The notes beneath the pieces were generated by a model, which was given only the letters and a program-made list of their open reading frames with translations, was not told the origin of the DNA and searched no databases. From Methanobacteriota archaeon (GTDB taxonomy: Archaea; Thermoplasmatota; Poseidoniia; Poseidoniales; Poseidoniaceae), in the NCBI GenBank assembly GCA_018650165.1, contig JABIGM010000040.1, forward strand, positions 1 through 18,935: a DNA stretch of 18,935 bases, read 5' to 3'. The translations under genes and the position numbers were made by a program. This document shows, piece by piece, positions 9,801 to 17,964 of this stretch. Position 1 is the first letter of the stretch; every line of letters begins with the position of its first letter.

Positions 9801-10218
9801 TGCAGAACTTGTTGAATTAGAAGATGACCGTACTGAAGCTTGTGGCTTCACAACCTGTGAGACACTCAATTCAGGTACAAACATGGCTACTGAAGATACT
9901 GGCCTAGATATGGCAGTTGTATTCGGAGTCATTGGAGTCATCATCATTGCACTACTTGGAGGTCTACTCTTCATGCGTGGAGGCAATGGTGGAAACGGTG
10001 AAAAGATGGTAGATTGGGCTAATGAACTCCCAGCTAATGATGCAGTTGCAAACTCAATGTATGGAGGAGCACAAGAGATATTCCAGCAACCAGTTGCGGC
10101 ACCTGCACCTGCAGTTGCACAAGTTCCTACTGGCGCAATCCCATTACCTGCTGGCGGACTACCTGCTGGCTGGACAATGGAGCAGTGGGCGTATTACGGC
10201 CACCAATATCAGCAATGA
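6811..10218 (+). CDS. Large membrane-anchored surface protein: N-terminal CxxC thioredoxin/Omp28-like domain, CARDB/Ig and cadherin-like repeats, helical stalk, TM helix, C-terminal GLPxGWTxEQW tail
   Basis: Start reassigned to ATG 6811 (MKTARMTAFTIVALMLLSISASLGG, signal-like; GTGGT upstream; TTCAAATA about 30 bp upstream). The track start at 6616 overlaps trmI. Features: ITSDNCGFC...YISYH, NxxP linkers (KNALP, ENGQP, VNDAP), acidic DxDxD motifs, TM AVVFGVIGVIIIALLGGLLFM. Confidence 0.8.
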   Translation: MKTARMTAFTIVALMLLSISASLGGLIVDSENSSIDLVEEVEEKYAPSNPGHTVFGQYITSDNCGFCYQYGSPAHDQAKTSLPDNYVYISYHSASYGSTADAEAGNIAPIYGVSHLQETGGAPKSSFGDATLNTGCGSNTCWDSFISSGGNMHSTASDYSVSVTQTDNGDGTVDISIGATYSGSGTAPSTITLYAAVTEKVCNSHAYVDGSKGHNCWESWLLNNGGYTNNAGNIVNGGTGFETLSMSSGQAVKSWTVPANLVSGGESNMNTVAALYSGWSTSSFNEDVYAAGDSTMAPPIDVGITTFNLENANAPNGGYINGDILNLDATVTNYGADAYSDGGDVRFFYKIGNSKNYVGSTQSLSNFAQSGDTQMFSGQIDTTSLPTGAYQTNFGIELSNLVADKSSINNQVLEIVPHDLTPVARKAQVIGNNQIDRGNDFLIEAKTTFNDGVDINTSFFTFDVEVSPAGMDQWISGDLFEGGDEVFQEGTSNEHRQYLVKPDMNMGAGDYDIRIRSIDSRMQTSDWQVTDNGFTLKNALPIITSEPVPTVKVQTSTKVSIINNINDAETDRDQLTITSTSPNFIAWHPATEEIEVYFENIRFVNGQPTASGIEVAVSDGLETAHGTLLFNVIENGQPRWAGVEKQYVNEGMAASLNLLPYLSDTDDNGNSVTAEDLVLAIVDNTNPELLEMDLREFTLNYETMDPDLNGETTITVRASDGEQFSDQLITIAINPVNDAPRLDLSEFEGLRLKVGTQKVIFLNEILSDVDGDVNEVTITASNPVPGAARVNFLDNTLTLIWDTDGLQTVTIQAEDRYDSNIYTLVVDVYDSMPLLVGEGPDADVRLGIANVYVGEVPEITMFLNKDDVTITSLSSTWQLCNSLTGICSINEVHEHDITAKSVGWTFDPMNGQVDENGMHLKDYITVSKVTAIASNGDKFEFKGTTLKWSAEESAPGPESMTEDEVKTLIEELDAAITAKKSDIKALEEGTSAHDTATAELVELEDDRTEACGFTTCETLNSGTNMATEDTGLDMAVVFGVIGVIIIALLGGLLFMRGGNGGNGEKMVDWANELPANDAVANSMYGGAQEIFQQPVAAPAPAVAQVPTGAIPLPAGGLPAGWTMEQWAYYGHQYQQ

Positions 10219-10281
10219 TTCTGGAATTAGAGCCGTAACAAGCCCTATGGCGCTTGCCAAACGGCTAAAGCGGACCGTGTT

Positions 10282-10286
10282 GGAGG
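10282..10286 (+). promoter_or_regulatory. Shine-Dalgarno GGAGG upstream of the lonB GTG start
   Basis: GGAGG ends 7 nt before GTG 10294. Confidence 0.55.
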
Positions 10287-10293
10287 ACTGAAT

Positions 10294-12321
10294 GTGACAG
10301 AGGAGGATGTTACCGATGATGCGCCTTCCGAAGAGGAAGAGATGGTCACTATTTGGAGCCCTGAAACGGCTGATAATATTGAAATTAATTCCGTTCCTGT
10401 CGATGAATGGGTTCGCAGTTTAGATTTTACCACAACAGAAGATGTTCCAATCCCAGAACGATTGGTTGACCAAGTAATAGGCCAAGACGCGGGTTCGATT
10501 GTTATCCGAAAGGCTGCTGAACAAAGGCGCCATATGATGATGATTGGCGATCCAGGCACAGGGAAATCGATGCTTGCACGCTCGATGACTGAATTGCTCC
10601 CTATTGACAAGTTAGAGGACATCCTATGCTATCCAAATGAAGATGATGAGAATGAGCCTAGAGTTCGCACTGTACCTGCAGGTAGAGGTGACCGAATCGT
10701 CAAGAGTCAAAAAGAAGCAATCCGAATCCAACGTGAAAAGAGTCAGAAAATGCTGATGATTGGTTTTGTTGCTATTGCATTCTTACTTGCAGTAGTTGCA
10801 ATTCAGAGTGGAGATATCTTGACATTGCTATTCGGGATGCTACTTCTGATGTTTGGATACATGTTCCTTCGCTCACGCATGGGCGGTGCAGATGAAGGTC
10901 GTATCCCAAAGGTACTTGTCAAGCATCAAGGACAAGACCCCCCTCCTTTTGTTGATGCCACAGCTACACTTTCAGGTAGTTTGCTTGGTGACGTAAGACA
11001 CGACCCATTCCAAAGCGGTGGAATGGAAACTCCTGCGCATGAGCGTGTTGAGCCAGGTGCAATTCACCGAGCGCATGGTGGTGTTTTGTATATTGACGAA
11101 ATAAACCTGCTAAGGCTCGAAGAGCAGCAAGCCCTGCTAACTGCTATGCAGGAGAGGGCTTTTCCAATTTCAGGTAGATCCGAGCGATCTAGTGGGGCAC
11201 TGACCAAGACCGAAGCCGTCCCCTGTGACTTTATTCTCATTGCAGCTGGAAATCTGGACGCTATCCAAGGAATGCATCCAGCATTGAGAAGCCGTATTAG
11301 AGGCTACGGATATGAGGTCTATGTTAATTCAAGCATGCCAGATACTACCGCAAATCGACGCCGCTTGATTAGATTCATCGCACAAGAAGTTCGCCGAGAT
11401 TTGGGGACCTCTAGAGAAATACCTCACTTTGACAGGTCAGGTGTTTCGGTTATCCTTAGAGAAGCACAGCGTCGAGCTGGACGCAGAGGAAAGTTATCTC
11501 TTCGCTTGCGTGAACTTGGAGGACTAGTCCGAATCGCTGGTGATTTGGCTTGCGAAGAAAATGCAGAACTTACAACTTCACGTCATGTTTTGGCAGCCCG
11601 TAATATCGCCAAGCCTCTGGAACAGCAAGTTGCAGACCGTATGATTGAGCGCCGACAAGAATACTCTTTGATAGTAAATTCAGGTAACAGAATTGGTCGA
11701 GTAAATGGGCTCGCCGTTCTTGGTGCTGACTCAGGATTATCTGATTACAGTGGAATAATGTTGCCAGTTGAAGCGCTTGTGACCCCATCTCAGTCAAGTG
11801 GTGGCAAGGTCTATGCTACCGGTGGACTATCAGATCTGGCCAAGGAAAGTGTAACAAATGTCAGTGCAGTCATTAAGAAACTCACTGGCAAAGATGTTTC
11901 TGATTATGACATCCATATTCAATTCGTAGACACACATGGTGTCGATGGAGATTCGGCATCCATCACGATTGCAACTGCAATTATTTCAGCACTTGAAAAT
12001 ATTCCAATCCGTCAAGACCTTGCAATGACTGGAAGCCTTTCTGTTCGAGGAGAGGTCCTGCCAATTGGTGGAGTAACTGCTAAGATTGAATCCGCTGCAA
12101 AGGCGGGAATAAACACAGTAGTAATTCCTCGTGCTAACCTACAAGATGTTCTTTTAGACCAACAGTTTGAGGGTATTGAAGTAATTGCCGTAGATACATT
12201 GGACGAGGTAATGGAGCATGCACTACTTATGGGTGACAAAAAGACCAGTTTGGTTGAACGCCTAACTGCAGTTATTGACCGCCTAACTCCTGAAGTTTCA
12301 CCAAGTAGTCAACTCTCGTGA
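10294..12321 (+). CDS. lonB: Membrane-anchored archaeal ATP-dependent Lon protease (LonB)
   Basis: Walker A GDPGTGKS, two-helix TM insert in the AAA+ domain, Walker [17 protein letters not shown], catalytic Ser in DGDSASI and Lys in IGGVTAKI. Confidence 0.96.
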   Translation: MTEEDVTDDAPSEEEEMVTIWSPETADNIEINSVPVDEWVRSLDFTTTEDVPIPERLVDQVIGQDAGSIVIRKAAEQRRHMMMIGDPGTGKSMLARSMTELLPIDKLEDILCYPNEDDENEPRVRTVPAGRGDRIVKSQKEAIRIQREKSQKMLMIGFVAIAFLLAVVAIQSGDILTLLFGMLLLMFGYMFLRSRMGGADEGRIPKVLVKHQGQDPPPFVDATATLSGSLLGDVRHDPFQSGGMETPAHERVEPGAIHRAHGGVLYIDEINLLRLEEQQALLTAMQERAFPISGRSERSSGALTKTEAVPCDFILIAAGNLDAIQGMHPALRSRIRGYGYEVYVNSSMPDTTANRRRLIRFIAQEVRRDLGTSREIPHFDRSGVSVILREAQRRAGRRGKLSLRLRELGGLVRIAGDLACEENAELTTSRHVLAARNIAKPLEQQVADRMIERRQEYSLIVNSGNRIGRVNGLAVLGADSGLSDYSGIMLPVEALVTPSQSSGGKVYATGGLSDLAKESVTNVSAVIKKLTGKDVSDYDIHIQFVDTHGVDGDSASITIATAIISALENIPIRQDLAMTGSLSVRGEVLPIGGVTAKIESAAKAGINTVVIPRANLQDVLLDQQFEGIEVIAVDTLDEVMEHALLMGDKKTSLVERLTAVIDRLTPEVSPSSQLS

Positions 12322-12335
12322 AGGGGTGTTTTACT

Positions 12336-13637
12336 ATGACTGAAGAAAAGAAACTAGGCTCCGCCTTGCCAATTCTTTTTCTTGTGGTCATGATAGACAT
12401 GATCGGATTTGGGATAGTAATTCCATTTCTAACATACTTCATCGAGGACCTTGCGACCTTGGAAGGCATCACTGAAGTTGGACTTTGGGTCGGTCTGATG
12501 ATGATGAGTTATTCGGCTGCTCAGTTCTTGTTTTCGCCATTCTGGGGGTCACTCTCCGACCGCCTAGGACGAAAACCAATTATCCTAATCGGTTTAGTTG
12601 GCAATACTGTATTCTTTGCACTTTTTGGAATATCCACAAGCTTGCTAATGGCTTTGGTAGCGAGGTTCTGTGCTGGCGCATTCAATGCCAATATTGCTGT
12701 TGCAAAGGCGTATATTGGAGATGTATCAGATAAAACCAATCTCGCAAAGAGAATGGGATTAATCGGAGCATCCTTTGGCGTCGGTTTTACAATTGGACCA
12801 TTCATAGGGGGCGAGTTCTCGAGTCCTGCTGAGAAATGGGATTTGTTCAGATATACAATTTTTGAGACTCACCCCTATTTGCTGCCGTGTTTGATTGCAT
12901 CACTACTTTCGACAGTTTCGTTTGTATTTGCTATGACCAAGTTACCAGAAAGTCACAAACCGATTACTAAGGCCAAGATTACATTCAATCCAATAGTCCA
13001 TACGTCCAATCTGTTCAGGGATATACGAAAAGTAATTGCCATGCCACAACTTGGTCGACTGGTTATGATTTCAGTGATGTTTGTATATGGTTTCACAATT
13101 ATGCACGCTGTTTTTGTTCTTTTTACGGAATACGACCTCGGTTTCAGTGAGGCTGAAAATGGACGCATATTTGCAATCATTGGAATAAATGGTATGATCA
13201 TACAGGGTGGATTAATTGGACCACTTACTAAGCGATACGGTTCCGAGCGTTTGATGATGTATGGTACCTTAATCTGTGGTATCGGGCTCACACTGGTACC
13301 CTATGTTTCCCATCAATACATATGGCTCACCATGGGTGCAATTGTATTATTGATTTCAACGGGAAATGCACTATTCCAACCATCATTTTCAGCAATTCTA
13401 GCTAGGAGGACAATCGAAGAAGGCCAAGAAATGGGTATGGTCATGGGTGCCCAGGAATCAGCGTCGGCATTCGCTAGAATAATTGGACCTCTAACTGGTG
13501 GTTTGGTGTGGGATGTTACCGTATTAAAAACCGGTATTTTCTCTATCGCAACCGCATTCCACCTGTGTGGTGTAATGATGGCTATCGCGTTCTTGTTGCA
13601 ACTGGGCATGGCAAAGAAATATTCTGGTTCCGAGTAA
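12336..13637 (+). CDS. MFS transporter, TetA/DHA1-like
   Basis: IDMIGFGIVIP, motif A GSLSDRLGRKP, about 12 hydrophobic segments, ARIIGPLTGG. Start ATG 12336 follows GGGGTG. Confidence 0.9.
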   Translation: MTEEKKLGSALPILFLVVMIDMIGFGIVIPFLTYFIEDLATLEGITEVGLWVGLMMMSYSAAQFLFSPFWGSLSDRLGRKPIILIGLVGNTVFFALFGISTSLLMALVARFCAGAFNANIAVAKAYIGDVSDKTNLAKRMGLIGASFGVGFTIGPFIGGEFSSPAEKWDLFRYTIFETHPYLLPCLIASLLSTVSFVFAMTKLPESHKPITKAKITFNPIVHTSNLFRDIRKVIAMPQLGRLVMISVMFVYGFTIMHAVFVLFTEYDLGFSEAENGRIFAIIGINGMIIQGGLIGPLTKRYGSERLMMYGTLICGIGLTLVPYVSHQYIWLTMGAIVLLISTGNALFQPSFSAILARRTIEEGQEMGMVMGAQESASAFARIIGPLTGGLVWDVTVLKTGIFSIATAFHLCGVMMAIAFLLQLGMAKKYSGSE

Positions 13638-13670
13638 TAACTCAAGTACAGGAAACTTTTGTCTCCACCT

Positions 13671-15092
13671 ATGGGCGAGACGGTAAATGGTGTGGACAAT
13701 CCATCTTTCCACCGACGAATTGCTACAATCTCACATGTTGCAATTATTCTTTCAATCTTCTGTTTAGCAATGATTCACCTCGAAAGTGTTCTCAAACCCT
13801 TTTTCATTGCACTTGGAATTTATTTCGTTCTAAAACCGGGTGCTGATTGGCTATCAAAGAATAGTTTCCCGGTTCTATTATCGTATCTTACAATGCTACT
13901 ATTGTTTATTTTGATAATAACTTCAACAGCATTCTTTGCTTGGTCACAGGCCCAAAACTTAGTCGAAGACGAAGAACGCCAAGAAGACTACAATAGTAAG
14001 TTGGACACAAAATGGAAGAAATTGAAGGATGTCCCAATTATTGGCCCAGCGATTAAAGAATCTGTCAAAGGGGATGGTGGGACCTTAGGTGGTGATTTAC
14101 AGAGCATAGGAATTGGTTCAGGTGGTTCTGCCACAGATCTCATCACTTCTGTGGTTAGTCAAGTTGGTTCAGTAGTAACAACAAGTATCACCGTACTATT
14201 TTTCCTTATATTCATTATTTTTGAGGCGCATCTACTGCCCGGAAGGATAGAACGCGCTTGGCCTGGAAGTGCAACGGAACGGGTTGAAATTATTCAAACC
14301 CAAATTGAAGAAGGAATCAATACATACATCATTGTCAAAACAGGTTGTGGGCTAGGTAGTGCGATTATTGCGGCATTCCTAATGTTCATATTTGGTATTG
14401 ATTTGTGGTTTGTATGGGCAGTAATGACATTTATATTGAATTATGTCCCTTACATTGGGTCCCTGATTGCAACAATACCACCACTAATTTTGGGATTAAT
14501 TATATTGAAGCCAGCGATGCTATTACTCATGACAGTCCTATTGCTAGTCAATCAACAGTTATGGGGTAATTATATTGAAACCAAATGGGCAGGAAGAGCG
14601 CTTGACCTATCACCAGTGGTTCTTCTATTGATTACTGCATTCTCCTTCTGGCTGTGGGGAATTACTGGAATGATACTCGCAGTACCTCTCTTTGTAATTG
14701 TTAAAATTGTCTTAGAGAATATCGAAGAAACTAGGCCGATTGCAATCATGTTGTCTGAAAGAGCACCGACTCTGGAAGAGGCATGGCGGGATGCTTTGAA
14801 AGACGGTAACCTTTCAACTGGGGAGTTTCACAAACTATCAGAATTACAGAAGAGATTGGGCGTAACTGACAACGAGGTCGTTCGAATAGCAGGACGCTCT
14901 GCTGCTCAAACAATTCTAAAGCGCGGTAAAGCAAAACCTGACGAAATAGAATTTGTATTGAGGGCTTCTGTTGGAATGTCTCAACATCAAAAATTGGTTG
15001 CTGGATTGAAAATGGGTAAACTCCCACGGGATGTACTTCGACACTTGGAAGAAACGATTGGAATTCTAAACTCCGGTTTTGAAGAAGAGTAA
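13671..15092 (+). CDS. AI-2E (UPF0118/PerM) family transporter with C-terminal soluble extension
   Basis: FILNYVPYIGS, NYIETKWAGRALDLSPVVLLL and WGITGMILAVP match AI-2E motifs. ATG 13671 preferred over TTG 13659. Confidence 0.88.
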   Translation: MGETVNGVDNPSFHRRIATISHVAIILSIFCLAMIHLESVLKPFFIALGIYFVLKPGADWLSKNSFPVLLSYLTMLLLFILIITSTAFFAWSQAQNLVEDEERQEDYNSKLDTKWKKLKDVPIIGPAIKESVKGDGGTLGGDLQSIGIGSGGSATDLITSVVSQVGSVVTTSITVLFFLIFIIFEAHLLPGRIERAWPGSATERVEIIQTQIEEGINTYIIVKTGCGLGSAIIAAFLMFIFGIDLWFVWAVMTFILNYVPYIGSLIATIPPLILGLIILKPAMLLLMTVLLLVNQQLWGNYIETKWAGRALDLSPVVLLLITAFSFWLWGITGMILAVPLFVIVKIVLENIEETRPIAIMLSERAPTLEEAWRDALKDGNLSTGEFHKLSELQKRLGVTDNEVVRIAGRSAAQTILKRGKAKPDEIEFVLRASVGMSQHQKLVAGLKMGKLPRDVLRHLEETIGILNSGFEEE

Positions 15093-15362
15093 TCAGAGAG
15101 TTTCACGAAGCATCTTTTCTAACTCTGTATTAATCATTAGAATGAGTGTTCCAAATTCAGGTGGAATGTTTGGATCTTCGTATAATTCCTCGAGTTTAGC
15201 TTGTGTGATCGCTATACGTATGTCCATTTCTTTGGCTTTGTTTAACAGCCACTGCTCACAAGCATCCTTGGCACCCTTGCGAATGTTTCGGGGAACTTTA
15301 GGGTCATCGATTTGATTGATTACTGTGGCTATTTGGCCCAACCTGGTTTCTATGTCGGACAT
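15093..15362 (-). CDS. UPF0147 family conserved archaeal protein
   Basis: DDPKVPRNIR and EDPNIP motifs; ATG 15362 is preceded by SD-like GGTG. Confidence 0.85.
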   Translation of the reverse strand: MSDIETRLGQIATVINQIDDPKVPRNIRKGAKDACEQWLLNKAKEMDIRIAITQAKLEELYEDPNIPPEFGTLILMINTELEKMLRETL

Positions 15363-15412
15363 GAGATACACCTGCACAAACACTCGTGCTGTCTGCCCTC
15401 AAGAGTGGCGGC

Positions 15413-15418
15413 TTTAAG
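15413..15418 (+). promoter_or_regulatory. TATA box (TTTAAG) for the A24 peptidase gene, bracketed by an 8-bp inverted repeat
   Basis: TTTAAG lies about 24-29 bp upstream of ATG 15442, the typical spacing for a leaderless archaeal transcript. Confidence 0.55.
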
Positions 15419-15441
15419 GTGATTGCCGCCACCCGTTAGTC

Positions 15442-16422
15442 ATGGATTCAGAAGAAGTAATCGCCTGGACCCGGCTTATTGTCCTATTAACTGCTCTTGG
15501 AATTGCTGCGTGGCTTGATCACAAAGAAAGGAGAGTTCCCAATGAGTTTTGGATTACTTGGTCAAAACCAGCAATTTTTCTTTGGGCACTCGACTTACTA
15601 ATTTTGAATGTAGAATGGTATGTTTTTGCAACCGCAGCGGGCATGGTCGCCTATGCATCTGTCGCAGTAATTGGACGGCCAACAATGAAGGATGTTCTCT
15701 CTGGGAATCGATTGGACATCACAGTTAGCATCTGGTATCTGATAGGTATTGCAGGAGTGATTCAGGGTCTTTTGCTTCATGTAGAAGATGGAATCTTGCC
15801 GGTATTGGTGGGCGATGCCACAGTAGAAGCTACGATTTGGTGGTCCACATTTGCAGTAATTATCCCTCTAGTACTGGTAGACCTAGCATGGCGAATGCGC
15901 CTAATTCATGGCGGTGCAGACTGTAAGGGTCTGATGTGGGTAGCATTGCTAGTCCCATCTTGGTCAAGTATTCCAATAATATTCCCCGAGGCACTGGAAA
16001 CTGCAACCGTTGCAATGCCGCCGGCTGTAGCGTTATTGGTGTGGGGTGGTTTTGCATTCTTGATTTTGCCATTGGTGATGGTGGTAAAGAACCTGAAGGA
16101 TGGTCAAACAAAACTCCGACTAATTTGGCATGCGGAAAGGATGGATGTCAATAAGGTAGCAAATAGCCACGTGTGGCTCTTGACAACAATTGCTGATATG
16201 CCAAGTGGCGATAAAAAAATTATTCATCGAACCAGAGCCCCTAGCCGAACTCCCTCGAAGAAGCAGGTGTTGGAAGACATTGCCATCCTCAAGGAAAACG
16301 GAATTGACATGGTTTGGGTAACCCGTAAGTATCCATTGCTAGTATTTCTATGGCCAGCGGTAATCCCGCTGTTCCTACTTGGTGGTCCAATGGCATACAT
16401 AATGCCAATACTTGGACTATAA
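15442..16422 (+). CDS. A24 family prepilin/preflagellin peptidase (FlaK/PibD-like)
   Basis: First catalytic Asp in WLDHKERRVPN, second in GGADCK, multiple TM segments, archaeal C-terminal VWVT..YPLLVFL motif. Confidence 0.85.
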   Translation: MDSEEVIAWTRLIVLLTALGIAAWLDHKERRVPNEFWITWSKPAIFLWALDLLILNVEWYVFATAAGMVAYASVAVIGRPTMKDVLSGNRLDITVSIWYLIGIAGVIQGLLLHVEDGILPVLVGDATVEATIWWSTFAVIIPLVLVDLAWRMRLIHGGADCKGLMWVALLVPSWSSIPIIFPEALETATVAMPPAVALLVWGGFAFLILPLVMVVKNLKDGQTKLRLIWHAERMDVNKVANSHVWLLTTIADMPSGDKKIIHRTRAPSRTPSKKQVLEDIAILKENGIDMVWVTRKYPLLVFLWPAVIPLFLLGGPMAYIMPILGL

Positions 16423-16572
16423 TCAAACGCCTTTGCGCTCGATATTCTTTGGACGAAGTCCCTTGTAGTTGCACTTTCGGCATGCAACGGCACGAACTGC
16501 ATTACGAGCGTTGCACTTCATGCAGATCTTACGGTGAAGCAAACGTGCTTCTGCCTCAGGGAATCGAGCCAT
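16423..16572 (-). CDS. rpl40e: 50S ribosomal protein L40e
   Basis: Manual translation: [49 protein letters not shown] (49 aa, C4 zinc motif). Below the ORF-track size cutoff. Confidence 0.97.
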   Translation of the reverse strand: MARFPEAEARLLHRKICMKCNARNAVRAVACRKCNYKGLRPKNIERKGV

Positions 16573-16594
16573 GTTTCCGCCGACCAACTCCCTG

Positions 16595-16602
16595 TATTTA
16601 AT
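16595..16602 (-). promoter_or_regulatory. TATA box (ATTAAATA) upstream of rpl40e
   Basis: Located 23-30 bp upstream of the ATG at 16572. Confidence 0.5.
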
Positions 16603-16659
16603 CCAAACCCGTGAAAATATACCCTCTGTTTGAAGGACCGCGGCCCCGTGGAATGGTTT

Positions 16660-17433
16660 GTGCGCATCATTAGATTACCCGGCATCCACCATGATGCTAA
16701 TGCTGTCATCTTTTCAGGCAGTGATGCAGCAATATTGGTAGACTCTGGCACAACGTGGTATCAAGCCCTTCAAATTGAACGAATCGCTGGCCATTTAGGT
16801 GAAGCTGAGAGTCTTGAACGAATACTTTTGACCAGCCGGAGATATCCTTTTTCTGGAGCAGCCAACCACATTTCACAGGCACATGGAACGATACCCATTC
16901 ACATCCACAGCGATGCCATCTCTGTTATGGAAACCGGTGATTTCTATTCAACATGGGCAAATCGGTATGATTCAGATATGCCAAGCACAAAGTGTGAACC
17001 AATTTCTCAAGGCGATTCATTCTCGTTGGGTGATGGGGAACTAATTGCATTATCACTACCAGGCCATTGCCCAGATGGAATGGGGTATTTCGAAAAAGAG
17101 CGTGGAGTATTAGTGACCGGAGCAGTACTGCCACGTGCAGATAATCCTTGCCGCTGGGACATGCCGGGTGGAAGTTTACCCGAATTGATTACATCTCTAA
17201 AGACTCTACATGATTTGACACCCACTAGTATTGTTCCAGCAAGAGGGCCGACTATCAAGGGCCGAGACCGGATTGATGAAGTTCTAAATCAGCATCTTGA
17301 GTTTCTTGAAGGGTGTGAAGAGAATTCAGGGAATGCTCCACGTAGTTGGCCCAGACCGGCACGTACAGCCTACTATCTGGTTTCAGATCCGCCTTGGCCG
17401 CTAGTTGAAAAGGAAACTTCAGGCCAAGATTAG
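16660..17433 (+). CDS. Metallo-beta-lactamase fold protein with degenerate metal-binding motifs
   Basis: [18 protein letters not shown] (at the HxHxDH position), [20 protein letters not shown]. Start uncertain (GTG 16660 or TTG 16630). Confidence 0.8.
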   Translation: MRIIRLPGIHHDANAVIFSGSDAAILVDSGTTWYQALQIERIAGHLGEAESLERILLTSRRYPFSGAANHISQAHGTIPIHIHSDAISVMETGDFYSTWANRYDSDMPSTKCEPISQGDSFSLGDGELIALSLPGHCPDGMGYFEKERGVLVTGAVLPRADNPCRWDMPGGSLPELITSLKTLHDLTPTSIVPARGPTIKGRDRIDEVLNQHLEFLEGCEENSGNAPRSWPRPARTAYYLVSDPPWPLVEKETSGQD

Positions 17434-17916
17434 TGACTTTTGCCCAGTCCAACTAATGACTTTCCGTTCCCATCCTTGTTGAATATGCAAATCTTGCCCG
17501 ATTATTCGAAGTGCCGACGCCGGCCCATCTAGTTCAAACAAATTTACTACTCGATTTGGAACATTTGCCCCTACCATGTGAACGGAACCATCTTCACATC
17601 CAGCGAGAATGCTCTCACCACTCAGTGATGATGAACAAAGTGAACGGACTTTAGATGAGCCCACTACAAATCTATCAACCACTTCCATAGTAGCTAATGA
17701 GATTATGTTTATTCCACCATACTCGTCACCAGCGACGATTTTGTCAATCATTCCTCTGGGCCCAATAAGGCCCAGAAGAACGCTAGCTTGTGCCTCAATC
17801 TTGACTCTTCTCTGCTTACCGTTTTTTGGTTTCCACACTACTGTAGCATCATCCATTGCAACAACGCAACCATCTGCTGTAACCATCGAGCGGACAACCA
17901 TTCTCAACTGTCTCAT
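17419..17916 (-). CDS. Hypothetical protein with WD40/beta-propeller-like blades
   Basis: IVAGDEYGGINII and ILAGCEDGSVHMV resemble WD40 blade strands; fills the space in the minus-strand gene run. Confidence 0.6.
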   Translation of the reverse strand: MRQLRMVVRSMVTADGCVVAMDDATVVWKPKNGKQRRVKIEAQASVLLGLIGPRGMIDKIVAGDEYGGINIISLATMEVVDRFVVGSSKVRSLCSSSLSGESILAGCEDGSVHMVGANVPNRVVNLFELDGPASALRIIGQDLHIQQGWERKVISWTGQKSLILA

Positions 17917-17964
17917 AACAAATAGAGTGCTGGACTACGGTACACATTCATTTTTGTGACCCGT

